64,000 bases of DNA from Methanobacteriota archaeon (GTDB lineage Archaea > Thermoplasmatota > Poseidoniia > Poseidoniales > Poseidoniaceae), in contig PAJM01000020.1 in the NCBI GenBank assembly GCA_002706065.1, positions 16,033 through 80,032 of the forward strand. Reading direction: 5' to 3'. Shown one piece after another: positions 62,066-64,000 of this stretch (position 1 is its first letter; each line of letters starts with the position of its first letter). Made by a program: the position numbers and the translations under genes. The notes beneath the pieces are model-generated. The model had not been told where the DNA came from and made no database searches. It was given only the letters and a program-made list of their open reading frames with translations.

Positions 62066-64000
62066 TCATTCGTTTCGTCGAATGAATGCAGCTCCGAGGA
62101 GTGCAAGCATTCCAACGATTCCAGTGAACCCTGGTGCATCATGCATTGGGTTTTCATCGCTGTAGGCATCTGCGGAGATGGAGTACAAACGAACTTCGTC
62201 CCAATCAACATCGGTTTCACCAATGTGAATCATGTCACCTGCGGAGATTGTTCCTGAACTGTCAGCATCGTGGAACATGAGAGTGGAATCCATTTCAGCA
62301 TCTGCGATTGTGATGGACATTTGGGACGTGCACGTCTTGGTTTCTTCACCAGTGTCCATGTCATAGTCGTAATCGCATGATGCGAGTTCAATCTTGTAGT
62401 CGGACATATCTCCTTCGACGAAGTCTAATTCAGATTCGATGTAAAATACCATCTCGTCTGAATCTTCTCCATGTTCTTCACCATGGTCGTGGTCATCATG
62501 GTCGTCTCCATGGTCGTCGTGGTCATCATGATCGTCTCCATGGTCGTCGTGGTCATCATGATCGTCTCCATGGTCGTCGTGATCACCATGATCGTCTCCA
62601 TGATCGTCGTGATCATCATGGTCATCACCGTGGTCATGGTCATCATCCATGTCTAGCATTTCATCGTCGCCATCAGGACAATCTTCAGCCCCATCATTGA
62701 CTTGTGAAATCCATACTTGACTTCCATCCATGCAGTCAAACCAGTTGATTTCATTGCCATCACTGTCGTATTGCTGCTCATCAGCACCATCTGCACAGTC
62801 AGATTCGCCGTCGTTGACGTAATCGAATGGAATTTCTGTTCCATCGCCACAAATGAATGTAATTTCTACTAGATCATCTCCTCTCGAAATACATTCCCAG
62901 CCAGTATTGTCTGATAACTCAGTACAATCCTCGATTTCATAACCATCACTCATCATTATTTCGCCGTCAGAATCCAACCAATCATTCATCCAACATTCCA
63001 AGGGACTGTCATCTGGATCGCTGCTTTCTGTACAGCCATCATAGAATATCATGTCTTCATAATCATCATCACTCAATCCTGAAAGAACGAGATAGATGTA
63101 ATCAAATTCATCTTCTGAGAGATTTTCATCCACATCGTCATCCGCAAAATCAAACAAATCTTGCAAACCGATGTCGTCAACATCCATGTCATAGCCATCG
63201 TTGGCGAGGTCCATCTCTACACAATACAGAAGTTCATCGTAGTCGATGAGCATATTTCCATCTGTGTCACATTCTGTAAATTCTCGGTAGAATGTCCACA
63301 TCTCGTCGTCATCCATGCCGTCTTCGTCCTCTCCGTTGGTACAGTCTTCAACACCATCGTTGACCCAGTCCATTGGAATTGTGAAACCATCATCGCAGGT
63401 AAATTCATCTTCACCCATCGAGTCTTCGTCTTCTCCACCTGAACAGTCTTCCATTCCATCATTTACCCAATCCATTGGGATAGATTCGCCATCGTCGCAG
63501 ATGAATTGGTCATCGGAGCCCCATGGATCGAGTTCGTCAGAAACCGTGAACGGAAGAGCAACAACTTCACCAGCATCAACGCCTGTGAAAAGTGAGTTAA
63601 CCCTGTCATCAGTGAGAACGTACATTTTCATTACAGTAAGTTCCTCTCCCATTTCGTCCATTGCCATTTCGAAATATTCGATTTCACCAGCATTGTTGAA
63701 TGCAATCTTCATTGCCGGCATTTCATCAACATCGCCGTCGTCGTGATCATCATCGTCACCATGGTCGTCGTCATGCCCATAATATTCGTCAACAGCCTCA
63801 ATAAATGCTCCGAGTTCGTCAACAGTGAGTTCACCATCAGCATCAGCGTCAGCATCGTCAAAGGCTGTTTGCATAGCAGTCATTGAATCTTGTTCGGTGT
63901 CATCAACAGTCATGAATTCTTCAAATGAAACGCCTCCGCTGCCATCAATATCGGCAACACACAAAGCCATTTCCGGGGATGGAGCATCATCGTTCATACC
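62066..64000 (-). CDS. acidic surface protein (paralog of 18580-20904): EF-hand-like loops, four 2-Cys LDLa-like modules, expanded (Asp/His)n tract, PGF-CTERM; 5' end probably beyond the window
   Basis: Modules: 'FICDDGESIPMDWVNDGMEDCSGGEDE', 'FTCDDGFTIPMDWVNDGVEDCTNGEDE', 'FICGDGTEIPFDYVNDGESDCADGADE' and 'FDCMDGSQVWISQVNDGAEDCPDGDDE'. The HD tract is 61 aa (nt 62465-62647). EF loops 'DIDGSGGVSFEE' and 'DADADGELTVDE'. The C-terminus is 'PGFTGIVGMLALLGAAFIRRNE'. No signal peptide follows the first in-window Met, and the frame is open to nt 64000. Confidence 0.7.
   Translation of the reverse strand, partial: GMNDDAPSPEMALCVADIDGSGGVSFEEFMTVDDTEQDSMTAMQTAFDDADADADGELTVDELGAFIEAVDEYYGHDDDHGDDDDHDDGDVDEMPAMKIAFNNAGEIEYFEMAMDEMGEELTVMKMYVLTDDRVNSLFTGVDAGEVVALPFTVSDELDPWGSDDQFICDDGESIPMDWVNDGMEDCSGGEDEDSMGEDEFTCDDGFTIPMDWVNDGVEDCTNGEDEDGMDDDEMWTFYREFTECDTDGNMLIDYDELLYCVEMDLANDGYDMDVDDIGLQDLFDFADDDVDENLSEDEFDYIYLVLSGLSDDDYEDMIFYDGCTESSDPDDSPLECWMNDWLDSDGEIMMSDGYEIEDCTELSDNTGWECISRGDDLVEITFICGDGTEIPFDYVNDGESDCADGADEQQYDSDGNEINWFDCMDGSQVWISQVNDGAEDCPDGDDEMLDMDDDHDHGDDHDDHDDHGDDHGDHDDHGDDHDDHDDHGDDHDDHDDHGDDHDDHDHGEEHGEDSDEMVFYIESELDFVEGDMSDYKIELASCDYDYDMDTGEETKTCTSQMSITIADAEMDSTLMFHDADSSGTISAGDMIHIGETDVDWDEVRLYSISADAYSDENPMHDAPGFTGIVGMLALLGAAFIRRNE
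62481..62640 (-). repeat. tandem 30-bp coding repeat (at least 4 near-identical units, encodes HDDHDDHGDD)
   Basis: Plus-strand units are (a/g)tcgtctccatggtcgtcgtggtcatcatg at 62501, 62531 and 62561, and a unit at 62591 with 2-3 substitutions. Degenerate copies flank them. Confidence 0.85.

Noticed and set aside
62465-62647. Regular 30-bp direct repeats that look superficially like a mini CRISPR array. A similar GAY/CAY tract lies at 19297-19389.
   Set aside because: There are no unique spacers between units and the period is a multiple of 3. The tract lies in frame inside a long ORF and encodes (Asp/His/Gly)n. It is a coding tandem repeat, not a CRISPR.

Overview
Very gene-dense 64-kb chromosomal segment. 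Most intergenic gaps are under 110 nt and many genes have 1-8 nt start/stop overlaps. I call about 46 protein-coding genes and one tRNA-Phe(GAA). I see no rRNA, CRISPR array, transposase, integrase or obvious prophage. Lineage is inference only, since no search could be run. Archaeal hallmarks: a textbook PGF-CTERM sorting signal, a TrmB-type regulator, a Trm5/Taw2-family enzyme, stand-alone RAM-domain proteins, and TATA-like boxes about 26 nt upstream of several ATGs (leaderless geometry). These sit beside bacterial-type housekeeping genes (uvrC, rph, ribA, thiolase, mogA). The mix fits planktonic marine Euryarchaeota (Marine Group II/Poseidoniales-like). Three themes stand out. (1) A very heavy load of huge, very acidic, Ca-binding-repeat, C-terminally anchored surface proteins: 8 genes, 23.1 kb, 36% of the window. 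One is a 2,078-aa protein combining seven integrin-alpha-like FG-GAP repeats with about 19 thrombospondin-type-3 repeats and a 176-aa cytoplasmic tail. It is followed by a Shine-Dalgarno-coupled cytoplasmic EF-hand / PQ-rich / zinc-ribbon protein. Two paralogous proteins carry (Asp/His)n tracts plus two-cysteine LDL-receptor-A-like modules. (2) A roughly 12-kb light/oxidative-stress supercluster: crtB, ABA4-like, TlpA-like, crtI, ABC1 kinase, DUF1295, TrmB-family regulator, bcp, ribA on one strand; Nudix, class II photolyase, SRPBCC-SDR on the other. (3) Glycan genes (glycosyltransferases, Fcl/ColC-like, and a ColD-like 3-dehydratase with the diagnostic His188) and scattered housekeeping genes. 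All family calls rest on motif recognition by eye, and none was verified by a database search.
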